Source of the DNA: a virus
Taxonomy: Duplodnaviria; Caudoviricetes
Direction: 5' to 3' (one strand)
Length of the DNA stretch: 30,388 bases
Virus record (IMG/VR): IMGVR_UViG_3300037047_000080
Coordinates: 1 to 30,388 of that record
A program made the position numbers and the translations under genes. The first letter of the stretch is position 1. Each line of letters starts with the position of its first letter. Below the pieces are notes generated by a model that searched no databases, had not been told where the DNA came from, and saw only the letters and a program-made list of their open reading frames with translations. Of this stretch, positions 1 to 8,059 are shown in pieces.

Positions 1-207
1 CGCACAGTGTGGGCAGCGTTTCATGCCCTGCTGAAACTGTGCTGCTGCTTGAGCCTGGGGGTTGGCGGGCAATACCGCAATGATGATGAGACCGATGAGT
101 CCGAGCAGAAGCCCCAGAACGACCCCGAGACCCGCCCGCCCCTTGGAGTTGCCGATGACTCCGCCGAGAATGGCACAGATCAACCAGACGACTACGACAC
201 CTTCCAT
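1..207 (-). CDS. Membrane protein with zinc-ribbon start (partial, runs off window start)
   Basis: Not in ORF track. Manual translation from ATG at 207: MEGVVVVWLICAILGGVIGNSKGRAGLGVVLGLLLGLIGLIIIAVLPANPQ...GMKRCPHCA; two hydrophobic helices then CxxC; abuts the stop of the upstream gene at 209. Confidence 0.75.
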   Translation of the reverse strand, partial: MEGVVVVWLICAILGGVIGNSKGRAGLGVVLGLLLGLIGLIIIAVLPANPQAQAAAQFQQGMKRCPHCA

Positions 208-208
208 A

Positions 209-553
209 TCAGTCCCCCATCTCCCGCAACTTGTCTTGGAAACTGAACGCGATGCACCGGCGCACAGCTTCGTGAACCTCCGCATTGTGCTCCACGTACC
301 CGGGTGCGCCGACCTCGTTGATCGTCTTCGCCAGCATCCCGATCGTCACGTCGAGTTTGTTGCCGTTCATCGTGAGTTCCGCCGCGTACCCCCGCGGGCA
401 GAACGCCTCGACGGTGATGTCCCGGGCGCCGCTCACCGTCCGAATCGTGCCCGAAGCGAGGGCAGCTTCGCTGTTCTCTCGGTAGGTGGCTTTACCGCAC
501 CCCAACCCAATCGTCAGGGTCGCCAGCAGAACCATGACCCAGTATCGCATCAC
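209..553 (-). CDS. Putative lipoprotein
   Basis: Signal peptide MRYWVMVLLATLTIGLGC with lipobox-like GLGC; AGGAGG RBS upstream. Confidence 0.7.
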   Translation of the reverse strand: MMRYWVMVLLATLTIGLGCGKATYRENSEAALASGTIRTVSGARDITVEAFCPRGYAAELTMNGNKLDVTIGMLAKTINEVGAPGYVEHNAEVHEAVRRCIAFSFQDKLREMGD

Positions 554-559
554 ACCTCC

Positions 560-841
560 TTATGGATTCTCCGCCTGCGGAACACAGGGGCCGATCGGGG
601 CGAGACCGCCCATACCAGCCCCTGCCCGTTCATCGAGGCCGTTGACCCACATCGATCTTTCGCACCACAGGAAACGACACCCCGCCCACAGGATCTCCCG
701 GCAGATGGGCAGATCCGTTGCAACGGCGTGTTCCAGTACCCGAACGGCGCCGGGCTGGGCAGGTTCGGGAGGGGGCGGAGGCTGATCCTTTTTGCACCCC
801 AGCCCTAGCACCAGGAGGATCAGCAAGATCCATCTCCACAT
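560..841 (-). CDS. Putative lipoprotein
   Basis: MWRWILLILLVLGLGC lipobox followed by Pro-rich linker; ATG at 841 just after the upstream stop. Confidence 0.6.
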   Translation of the reverse strand: MWRWILLILLVLGLGCKKDQPPPPPEPAQPGAVRVLEHAVATDLPICREILWAGCRFLWCERSMWVNGLDERAGAGMGGLAPIGPCVPQAENP

Positions 842-843
842 GG

Positions 844-1158
844 TTACACCCACTCGATTCCAATGGTCATGAGGATGCTCCCGGCCAGATCATGGGCATC
901 ATCCTCCCCGTCTTCGACGAGACGACGCACCAGGGTGTAGAGGCTATCCACCCCATGGGTCACAACGCAGCGACCCTCCTGGGTGCAGATGACGGCCTCC
1001 AGGTGACTGTCAATCCCGATGTTCACGACCCGGGCCAGGGTACCCAGGTCGGTATCCGACAGTTCCATGCGGTACTCTTCACCGAAGGGGCTCTCCCGTT
1101 TGAACTGTCTACGGAAATCATCCCTGCTCGGTAAGACACCACCTGAGAGTAGCATCAT
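844..1158 (-). CDS. Hypothetical protein
   Basis: C-terminal part of the 844..1725 ORF; likely start MMLLSGG after AGGAGGG RBS; GC3-rich codons. Confidence 0.65.
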   Translation of the reverse strand: MMLLSGGVLPSRDDFRRQFKRESPFGEEYRMELSDTDLGTLARVVNIGIDSHLEAVICTQEGRCVVTHGVDSLYTLVRRLVEDGEDDAHDLAGSILMTIGIEWV

Positions 1159-1163
1159 CCCTC

Positions 1164-1547
1164 CTACAGAGCCCCCGGGAAGCTGACCGCGAGGCACTGT
1201 CGTAGGTACTCCAGCGAGCGGGCGTTCTCCTCCTCGTGCTCGGGGAGGCACTTGTTGATGATCATGGTGTGCAACTCGTTGAGCCCGGCCTGGGCCTGTT
1301 CCGCGGACTGGACCGGGATGACCTCCTTGCCCTTCCGCCCCACGATCTTGGCCATGCCCGGGTTGCAGGTCGCGTCCAGGGTGAGCGTGCCTACGTCCTC
1401 GAAGAAGAACGAGTCCACGGGGATTCGGAAGACCCCGGTCGCTGTCGCATGTTCCCCCTCTGCCGTGAAGTGGGGGCCCTGGGCACAGCCCAGGGCAAGC
1501 CCGAACACCACGAATACCGTGGCCAGTACGATGTTTCGCAACCGCAT
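1164..1547 (-). CDS. Putative lipoprotein
   Basis: MRLRNIVLATVFVVFGLALGC lipobox; GAGGGG RBS. Confidence 0.7.
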   Translation of the reverse strand: MRLRNIVLATVFVVFGLALGCAQGPHFTAEGEHATATGVFRIPVDSFFFEDVGTLTLDATCNPGMAKIVGRKGKEVIPVQSAEQAQAGLNELHTMIINKCLPEHEEENARSLEYLRQCLAVSFPGAL

Positions 1548-1553
1548 GTCCCC

Positions 1554-1778
1554 TCACTCCCCGTGCCGGTACCCCACTCCGGCCTTCCGGTCGATGAGCA
1601 TCGGATTGATGCCGAAGTGCTCGATCGCGTAGGCCACACCCGTTCCCGCCGGGGCTTCGAACTGCATGGTGAGATTCGGATTTGAATCTCCGGGGAACGG
1701 CGAGGGCAGGTCGGTTAGAACCCACACCTTGTCCGTTCCCCCATTGTTGGTCAGAACCTGAACATCGGTGATCTTCAT
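1554..1778 (-). CDS. Hypothetical protein
   Basis: MKITDVQVLTNNGG... C-terminal part of the 1554..2135 ORF; ATG immediately after the upstream stop. Confidence 0.65.
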   Translation of the reverse strand: MKITDVQVLTNNGGTDKVWVLTDLPSPFPGDSNPNLTMQFEAPAGTGVAYAIEHFGINPMLIDRKAGVGYRHGE

Positions 1779-1780
1779 GG

Positions 1781-2173
1781 TCAGTCCCCCAGCGGCACGA
1801 TCGTGAAACTGCACACGTCCAACCAGGACTCGCCCCGGTTGAAATCCGCCGTGCAGAAGTCGTCGACGCCGGGCATGGAGAACTTGCGCTCCCGGATGTC
1901 CCGGGCCTGGACGAGCCCCGAGTAAATCGGGGCGCTGTTCATCGCTTTCCCCGTCCGGCTGTTCTTGAGGATGATGGTGATGTACTGGGCGCCCGACGCG
2001 GCCCCTTCGTTGAGGAAATCGCAGTCCCCCTTGCCCATCCCGTTCATCGTGCAGGAGGCCAGGATCTTGGGCTCCCCGGTGTTCACGTAAGGCACGATGG
2101 CCACAGCCACGGTAAGGACCGTGAGTTCCACCCACGCGGTGGCGACGAGGATGGCGAGCACGACGCGGTTCAT
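1781..2173 (-). CDS. Membrane-anchored hypothetical protein
   Basis: N-terminal hydrophobic helix, four Cys; AAGGAG RBS; first gene after the motif at 2209-2236. Confidence 0.7.
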   Translation of the reverse strand: MNRVVLAILVATAWVELTVLTVAVAIVPYVNTGEPKILASCTMNGMGKGDCDFLNEGAASGAQYITIILKNSRTGKAMNSAPIYSGLVQARDIRERKFSMPGVDDFCTADFNRGESWLDVCSFTIVPLGD

Positions 2174-2208
2174 TTGTGATCTCCTTCGGTGAAGTCCTAC
2201 AGTAGGTG

Positions 2209-2236
2209 CTACTCAGGTCGGGGAGGGGATGATCCC
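2209..2236 (-). promoter_or_regulatory. Conserved bipartite motif GGGATCAT-N14-GAGTAG (putative promoter)
   Basis: Perfect copy on the minus strand, ~35 nt upstream of ATG 2173. Confidence 0.8.
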
Positions 2237-2283
2237 GAGGGTGTAAAATTTTCCGGGTGGCGTGGGGGACATGCAGGATCTTG

Positions 2284-3132
2284 CTAAGACCTAAGAGTGT
2301 CTTCCAAATCTGCGGCTGTCATTCCCGGGTTTCTTAGTGCCCCCGCAACCAGTCCAATGACATGGGCTAGTGCCGCAGGGCGCGTCAGGTTTGGGTAACA
2401 GGAACGGATCACCTGAACGTCAATTTCCAGTGGGGTCTCAATCTGATCTTTGATCAGATCGGACTCAAAAAGAACCTTCTCGGGTTGGATGTTCCATTTG
2501 GTACGGATCTCCAAGAAACACTCCAACCATCCTGCCAACGTGCGTTTAGCAGTCTCTTCGTTGCCCCCCTGCCCCAAAGCAGAGCTCAGTCCCGATTCGG
2601 TGATGTAAGTTTTTTGAGGGACACCCAAAAGCCACAGAGTCTCGTCCCGGATGTGCTCATACCTGATATGATTCTCGTTGCCTCTCCCCATGCCGATCCC
2701 GCAAGCTGCAAACAGATCCTTTAGCTGAGTTTTAGACATTTCCGGAACAACACCGGCGGCAACCCGGAGAAGTTTCAGTTTTAGTCCGTCTGGCAAATCT
2801 GTGCGCTCCCACTGATTGGTCCCTTTGAGACCCCGAGGCTGAGGGTTCCCTTTGGGAGAGGGGGCGGATACAGTACTATACTGTCGGATATCGCTGATAC
2901 GATTCTGCCAGATCAGAAACTCGTGGGTTTTCCCGCGTACAGCAGCACTCAGATAGGTTTGAGTTATTCCCGTAGTGCTGAGGCCGAAGGACTTACAAAT
3001 GGCGTAAGTAGCATTTGCCATGTCCATCTGGTGAAGGTTGTTTTTATCCAGCAGTGACTTTAACTCATCTGGGCTAGACGGGACAGGGTTTTGCAGGAAA
3101 ACCCCCAGCACTTTCTGCTCAAGACTAGTCAT
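2284..3132 (-). CDS. Hypothetical protein with two copies of an uncharacterised helical domain
   Basis: 282 aa ORF, GGAGGG RBS, AT-richer than neighbours; shares motifs with the 3195..4928 protein. Confidence 0.75.
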   Translation of the reverse strand: MTSLEQKVLGVFLQNPVPSSPDELKSLLDKNNLHQMDMANATYAICKSFGLSTTGITQTYLSAAVRGKTHEFLIWQNRISDIRQYSTVSAPSPKGNPQPRGLKGTNQWERTDLPDGLKLKLLRVAAGVVPEMSKTQLKDLFAACGIGMGRGNENHIRYEHIRDETLWLLGVPQKTYITESGLSSALGQGGNEETAKRTLAGWLECFLEIRTKWNIQPEKVLFESDLIKDQIETPLEIDVQVIRSCYPNLTRPAALAHVIGLVAGALRNPGMTAADLEDTLRS

Positions 3133-3194
3133 TTTTCCCTCCCTGGGTAAGACCCATCCTGAGCCTCTATACTCTATACGTGGGGAAAAGAGCG

Positions 3195-4928
3195 TCAGTC
3201 CACGTAATAACGTTCCTGCTTGCTGTTTTCCCCACCCTGTTTTTCGCCGCGGACGCGCCCATCTTTCTTCAGCTTGCCCAGATGGCCCGAAACGTTATCC
3301 GGATTCAGGTTGAGGGCAGAGACGATGTCCTTGCGCATGACGCCGGGGTTGCTGCGGATGTAGTCCACGATCCGATCCGCAGTTACACCCATGGAGGTTG
3401 TACTACCAGTCGGACGTGGGGTGCTAGGTGAACGGCCGCCACGCCCCATCTCTAGCACATCGCCCCAATCTAGTGAGAGCCACATCTCTGCAAGGGACGG
3501 ATCTGCATTGATCGCGTTCAATACGTCTCTGACCGTCAGACTTTTGGTTTCAGGAGAAGCAAGGAACTCCTGGATCAACTCGCGGGAGAGCCGGTCCCGC
3601 TGGGCCTGCATCCGGGACTCCAGTGTCCCCGCCAGATCCCTGGGCACCGTTTCCGGTGGCAATGCGTCCAACGAAACAGGATCTGGGTGTGTTGAGCGAT
3701 TCATTTCCGTGTCTCCGTTCTGATGGACAGATTTGGTGGGGGTTTCCCTAATCAGTTTGAACAGATTGACCCACTCCAAAAAGTCAACGTCTGAACTGAA
3801 AGCCACGGAATTGTCAAGCCCCAAAGCCCGCAGTAAACCGATCTCCGTTAGATGCGGCCACTTTCGGTCAATCCCGAGGTCCTCCAGTAGATCCCCCATG
3901 CACAGAAGAAGTTCTTTTCGGAACTCTAGATTAGCACTGATCTCGTACAGAGAAATACCACAGTGATTGAAAACAGCAGCCAACTGCCCCCTTCTGGTGG
4001 GAGGATTCACCTCCACGTACACAGCCACCTTTGACAGGCGCTCAGAAAGGGACCAATCAGTCGGTTTTTGGGGCGTAACACCAGTTACAATCTCATCCCC
4101 GACTGGTGCTCTGGTCTGGAGAATCCGGAGCATCTGAATCCATTTCCTGTACGGTCGCGCCTGCCGGGTTTCGTCCTGGAGGGCAACAGTAAGTTCTGTA
4201 GCCGTCAAACTAGACTTGATGCCGTACCCTCGTTCTAACAGAAGATTTTTCATGGTCCAACAGAGGCGCTGTTTTTGAACCTGAGAGTCGAGATTAATGT
4301 TCCGTTGGGACAAAAGCCCCCTCAAGTCACAGCCTTCATAGGACTGTGATGCCAACCATTCGATGTGACTTCGATGTGCCGGAAATTGACCTCGGTTCCC
4401 TGCCACTCGGGGTGGTTTGGTTGGTTTATTGGAAAAGGATATACGATGTGTTTTAGGGCTATCTTGTACAGTTTTTAAAGTTTGTGTCCCAGAAGATTCC
4501 CAAAGGGATCGGAATCCTAGTAGGGTTTGAACAATTTGATATGCTTTTCGGGTGTAACCATAACAGGCAAGTACAAAAATCCCCTGCCATGAGATGGCGT
4601 AACGTCCGGTTATAGGCCCTTCTGGGGGTGGATCTATGTCGGCCTCTTTCAAAGGCCCGACTCGCCAACCATTGAAATTCACTCCAGATGTGGACGAAGT
4701 TACCTCGAACCCAATACTGAATGCAAAATGCGGCTCTCGGGGTAAGACCAACTGCTGGCTGGGATCAGTGGAGAGTGTCCGAAGTGTAAAACCTTCTGTC
4801 CGCAAAATGTTGCATGCGACCTCGGCATCGCAGGAATTTTTTAGGAGATCAATGATGCTTTTCCGCTGACCCCGTAGCCACTGAATCTCTTCCGGAGTCA
4901 GATCCCGGGGTTCATATCGGAGTGGCAC
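3195..4928 (-). CDS. Large hypothetical protein with C-terminal winged helix-turn-helix
   Basis: C-terminus ADRIVDYIRSNPGVMRKDIVSALNLNPDNVSGHLGKLKKDGRV is wHTH-like. Start uncertain (GTG 4928 or CTG 4937), placed downstream of the motif at 4987-5014 rather than at the ORF-track 5078. Confidence 0.7.
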   Translation of the reverse strand: MPLRYEPRDLTPEEIQWLRGQRKSIIDLLKNSCDAEVACNILRTEGFTLRTLSTDPSQQLVLPREPHFAFSIGFEVTSSTSGVNFNGWRVGPLKEADIDPPPEGPITGRYAISWQGIFVLACYGYTRKAYQIVQTLLGFRSLWESSGTQTLKTVQDSPKTHRISFSNKPTKPPRVAGNRGQFPAHRSHIEWLASQSYEGCDLRGLLSQRNINLDSQVQKQRLCWTMKNLLLERGYGIKSSLTATELTVALQDETRQARPYRKWIQMLRILQTRAPVGDEIVTGVTPQKPTDWSLSERLSKVAVYVEVNPPTRRGQLAAVFNHCGISLYEISANLEFRKELLLCMGDLLEDLGIDRKWPHLTEIGLLRALGLDNSVAFSSDVDFLEWVNLFKLIRETPTKSVHQNGDTEMNRSTHPDPVSLDALPPETVPRDLAGTLESRMQAQRDRLSRELIQEFLASPETKSLTVRDVLNAINADPSLAEMWLSLDWGDVLEMGRGGRSPSTPRPTGSTTSMGVTADRIVDYIRSNPGVMRKDIVSALNLNPDNVSGHLGKLKKDGRVRGEKQGGENSKQERYYVD

Positions 4929-4986
4929 GTGCCTCAGGGTTTTTGGATCTCCTCGATTTTTGTTGCTAGTCCGGACTTTGACTGCT

Positions 4987-5014
4987 CTACTCGAAACACT
5001 GACGGGATGATCCC
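4987..5014 (-). promoter_or_regulatory. GGGATCAT-N14-GAGTAG motif
   Basis: Perfect copy on the minus strand followed by GAGGAG RBS. Confidence 0.75.
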
Positions 5015-5031
5015 GGAAACCAGCGGGAAGG

Positions 5032-5262
5032 TCAAACGAGGGGATTGAACCCGTCGAACGCAGCCTTCTCCAGTTCAAGGCACTGCGGTTCCCGCTTGAC
5101 GCGCCCCTGTCCGTCGCGCTCGTGCCAGTCCCCGAACTCTCTCACGTTGAAACGGGTGCAGCCCCCGTACTCGCGTTCGTAAAACGAGCAGGTCGGGAAA
5201 CAGAACTCGCCGTCCACCACGATCCTCATCGGCATGAGCACCGTGAATTCCTTCTTCGCCAT
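5032..5262 (-). CDS. Small Cys-containing hypothetical protein
   Basis: 76 aa, AAGGAG RBS, CxxxC...C...C pattern. Confidence 0.65.
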   Translation of the reverse strand: MAKKEFTVLMPMRIVVDGEFCFPTCSFYEREYGGCTRFNVREFGDWHERDGQGRVKREPQCLELEKAAFDGFNPLV

Positions 5263-5288
5263 GTGGGATCTCCTTGTCCCTTGATGGA

Positions 5289-5513
5289 TCAGCGAGCCTC
5301 GATCAGGTCTGCGAGCCGTTTGCGGTAAGCGTTCTCGAAGGTGTGCGCGTCCTCACAGGAGGCCCAGAACTCTGCCCCCACGAGGTCGGCCAGCGCGTCG
5401 TAGTCTCCTGGGAGCGGATCCCACGGGCCATGTACCGTCGTCTGATCGATGTGCCTCCAGATCTCGTCCGCGCACTCGACCGCCAGTTTCTGGATTTCGG
5501 TTTTCGTCGCCAT
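5289..5513 (-). CDS. Hypothetical protein
   Basis: MATKTEIQKLAVEC...; GGAG RBS, directly downstream of the motif at 5551-5578. Confidence 0.7.
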   Translation of the reverse strand: MATKTEIQKLAVECADEIWRHIDQTTVHGPWDPLPGDYDALADLVGAEFWASCEDAHTFENAYRKRLADLIEAR

Positions 5514-5550
5514 TGTCCGTCTCCGTCGGGGGCATCCCGTTATGTATAGA

Positions 5551-5578
5551 CTACTCTGTGGGTGGCGGAAATGATCCC
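5551..5578 (-). promoter_or_regulatory. GGGATCAT-N14-GAGTAG motif
   Basis: Perfect copy on the minus strand. Confidence 0.8.
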
Positions 5579-5617
5579 GGGGGAGCGATTTTCGGGGGTT
5601 CATTGGATTGAGCGCGG

Positions 5618-5745
5618 TCAGTCGTTCAGGTCGAGTGACTGGGCCTCCGCCATGGCCATCTGGTAGGCTGCGGCGAAGATCATCGCCTCGGGGCCGAAGA
5701 CACTGTTGAACGGGGGCGGCATCAGGCGGCCGTGCCGCTCGTTTG
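5618..5745 (-). pseudogene. Probable 3' remnant of a gene
   Basis: Frame ...NERHGRLMPPPFNSVFGPEAMIFAAAYQMAMAEAQSLDLND* has GC3-rich codons but no convincing RBS/start; abuts the HNH ORF head to head. Confidence 0.4.
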
Positions 5746-6073
5746 TACAATTACGTTGCCCCACAAACCCCCGTTGCCGGGAACGAAAACTGCCTCTTGG
5801 GCTAAATACAAAGATTCCGCAGAGCGGCGGGGCATCCCGTTTGAACTTTCCCTAGAACAGGTCGCATCAATCAGTCTCCGGCCTTGCACTTACTGTGGAC
5901 AGACTGCGGGTGGCATCGATAGGGCAGACAACACGAGGGGGTACGAGACGGGCAACTGCGTTCCGTGCTGTAAAACCTGCAATCGTATGAAGGGTACGCT
6001 GACGGTGGAGGAGTTCCTCGGGTGGGCGGAGCGGGTACGGGCGTATCAGTCGACCATGACCTCGATCAGGTAG
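5732..6073 (+). CDS. HNH-like endonuclease (possibly 5'-truncated)
   Basis: CTYCG...GIDRADNTRGYETGNCVPCCKTCNRMK, a zinc-bound beta-beta-alpha-Me motif typical of phage HNH homing endonucleases; antisense to all neighbours. Confidence 0.8.
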   Translation: MPLVCTITLPHKPPLPGTKTASWAKYKDSAERRGIPFELSLEQVASISLRPCTYCGQTAGGIDRADNTRGYETGNCVPCCKTCNRMKGTLTVEEFLGWAERVRAYQSTMTSIR

Positions 6074-7605
6074 CGGAAAATCTGGGCGTCCTGGTCGAAC
6101 GTGACGAGTTCGTCGTGCACGAACCCGCCCTGGTTCTTCGTCCCGCAGGCGAAGATGAAATCGTTCTGCGGCCAGCCCTTCGGGCGGTGCTGATCCCAGC
6201 AGGCACTCGTCCGACCCTCCGCCAGCCCCAGGGCGACCTCCTGGAGGTACATGAACGCCCCCCGTGCGGTGTTGCCGGAGCCGTAGTAGGCCCCCTGCGC
6301 CGAGGTGTAGTTCATGGACTTCAGGGCGCCGTTCGTCCCGTCCGTCGGCAGGCTGCCCACCATCTTGTGCCCGGTCGCGTTCCAGGCCGGGGCGTGGTAC
6401 ACCCCCTTGCCGAAGGCAGCCCCGGCGCGGTGCACACCGCGGGGCAGGTTCTCCGGCATCAGGAGGCCGGACGTGCTGATGCCCAGCAAGTTCTCCGTGC
6501 GCGTCCCGTGCCACGCGAAGATCTTGCCGACCGCCCCGGGCTTCGTGGTGACCCGCTGCGCATAGGTGTTGAACCGTGGCTCCGTCCCGTTGCGGGTGAA
6601 TTTGAACACCCGGGCAACCCGCAGGATCGACCGACCGCCCCGCCACCAGTTCTGGTTCTTGCGGCTCTGCGCCGAGTTGAAGATCTCGACCACCTTGCGG
6701 AAATCGGCCGAAGTCGGATCACACGCCTCGATCGCGCAGTTCAGGCCGTCGTACCAGACCGCCTCCTTGCCACCCGTTGCTGGGGCAGCGTGGGCCGCTG
6801 CTGCGAACGTGGCCTGGGCGAGGTGTGCGTCCCGGAGCAGGGTGAGGAACTTGCGCTGTTCCTCCAGCCGCTCGTAGGACGCGATCACCAGCCGGTGCAG
6901 GTTTGCCCGACCGCGCATGTCACGCCCGATTTCGCGGGGGACATTGCTCATGAAGCGATCGGTCAGGTTGATGATCCGCTGGTCCGGGATCCCGCCCACG
7001 AGGGGCAGGGTCTGGTTGACGTTCGAGGACGATTCCCGCCCGAAGTGACGCTCCAGTTCGGCCGCGATCTCGTCGAGGATCTCGCCGCCCAGGTCGAGCT
7101 GTCGGTCGCTCAGATTGCCGATCGGATTCTCGGCGGTGGCTCCCGCCTGCGCGCTCAGACCGGCGCGGACGACGCGGCTCGTCTCGTTGTAGATGATGCC
7201 CAGGAGCCGCCCGACCTCGGGGTGGAACACGCGAGACGTCGCGGGCACGACGATCGGGGCGACGGGCTTGGCACCGTTGGTCAGGTCGATGCCCTTGGTC
7301 GCGGCCTTCTTCACTTCCTCGTCGATGGAGCGGGTGTCGAGCCGGGTGTAACCCTTGCCCTCCTTTTCCCGCACCTTCTTGGCGAGTTGGGCACGTGCCG
7401 AGGACTCCGAAGTACCTCGCACGCTGCCCTTGTCGGAACCCGGCGTGCCGGTCGAACCCCAGCGGCACTCGAAGCTGAAAGAGCCGTTGCCGAGATCCTC
7501 GACCCAGCCGGTCCAGAACTTGTTCGACCCCAGCGTGGTGCAGCCTGTCTTGGCACCCGTCAGGTCGGTGAAGTTCAGGCTGACCTTTTCCAGTACCGTC
7601 GCCAT
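6046..7605 (-). CDS. Poly(ADP-ribose) polymerase, WGR + regulatory helical + catalytic ART domains
   Basis: WGR-like N-terminus (SNKFW...CRWGSTG...KKVREKEGKGY); regulatory-domain motifs PIGNLSDRQL and LTDRFMSNVP; catalytic motifs WHGT, FGKGVYHA, KSMNY, EVALG, HDELVTFD...RYLIEV giving the H-Y-E triad. Confidence 0.92.
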   Translation of the reverse strand: MATVLEKVSLNFTDLTGAKTGCTTLGSNKFWTGWVEDLGNGSFSFECRWGSTGTPGSDKGSVRGTSESSARAQLAKKVREKEGKGYTRLDTRSIDEEVKKAATKGIDLTNGAKPVAPIVVPATSRVFHPEVGRLLGIIYNETSRVVRAGLSAQAGATAENPIGNLSDRQLDLGGEILDEIAAELERHFGRESSSNVNQTLPLVGGIPDQRIINLTDRFMSNVPREIGRDMRGRANLHRLVIASYERLEEQRKFLTLLRDAHLAQATFAAAAHAAPATGGKEAVWYDGLNCAIEACDPTSADFRKVVEIFNSAQSRKNQNWWRGGRSILRVARVFKFTRNGTEPRFNTYAQRVTTKPGAVGKIFAWHGTRTENLLGISTSGLLMPENLPRGVHRAGAAFGKGVYHAPAWNATGHKMVGSLPTDGTNGALKSMNYTSAQGAYYGSGNTARGAFMYLQEVALGLAEGRTSACWDQHRPKGWPQNDFIFACGTKNQGGFVHDELVTFDQDAQIFRYLIEVMVD

Positions 7606-7656
7606 CCCTTGATCTCCCTTCAGTCCCGAAAAACGATCCGTCCCTTACACGTTCAT

Positions 7657-7684
7657 CTACTCAGTTCGGGCTGGAGATGATCCC
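7657..7684 (-). promoter_or_regulatory. GGGATCAT-N14-GAGTAG motif upstream of PARP
   Basis: Perfect copy on the minus strand, ~50 nt upstream of ATG 7605. Confidence 0.8.
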
Positions 7685-7685
7685 G

Positions 7686-8051
7686 TTACTCGACCGCGCG
7701 ATACAGGTCCAGCAGGCCCCGGAAAGCGCGGATCATGTTCCGCGCGATCTCCTGGGTCTCCTTGCCGTCGAGCCCCCGCATCTCGGTGATGCAGTGCTGG
7801 TAGAGTTGGATGCTAACCCGCGCGACCTCCGCCTTTTTCGGGTCCTGTGTGAACTCCGTGACCTTGCGCGCGTGGTGCTTGGCAGAACGCGGGGTCGTCC
7901 CCGTCCACTCGAAGATCTCCTCCAGCGTCTTGTCGGTGTGGATCTCGCCACGGGCGACCGTCATCGCCGTCAGCAGCCCACATCCCGTGTAACGATCCAG
8001 CCGCCACACGAGATGCTGTTTCTGGTGCTCATTGAGATCGGACACCCTCAT
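7686..8051 (-). CDS. Hypothetical protein
   Basis: MRVSDLNEHQKQHLVWRL...; GAGG RBS after the upstream stop at 8060. Confidence 0.7.
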   Translation of the reverse strand: MRVSDLNEHQKQHLVWRLDRYTGCGLLTAMTVARGEIHTDKTLEEIFEWTGTTPRSAKHHARKVTEFTQDPKKAEVARVSIQLYQHCITEMRGLDGKETQEIARNMIRAFRGLLDLYRAVE

Positions 8052-8059
8052 GGGTTGCC

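Noticed and set aside
6022-7680. Long plus-strand 552 aa ORF and similar antisense ORFs (e.g. 18519..19712, 27462..28391, 25110..25925)
   Set aside because: Shadow frames of GC3-rich real genes on the opposite strand; no motifs or RBS.
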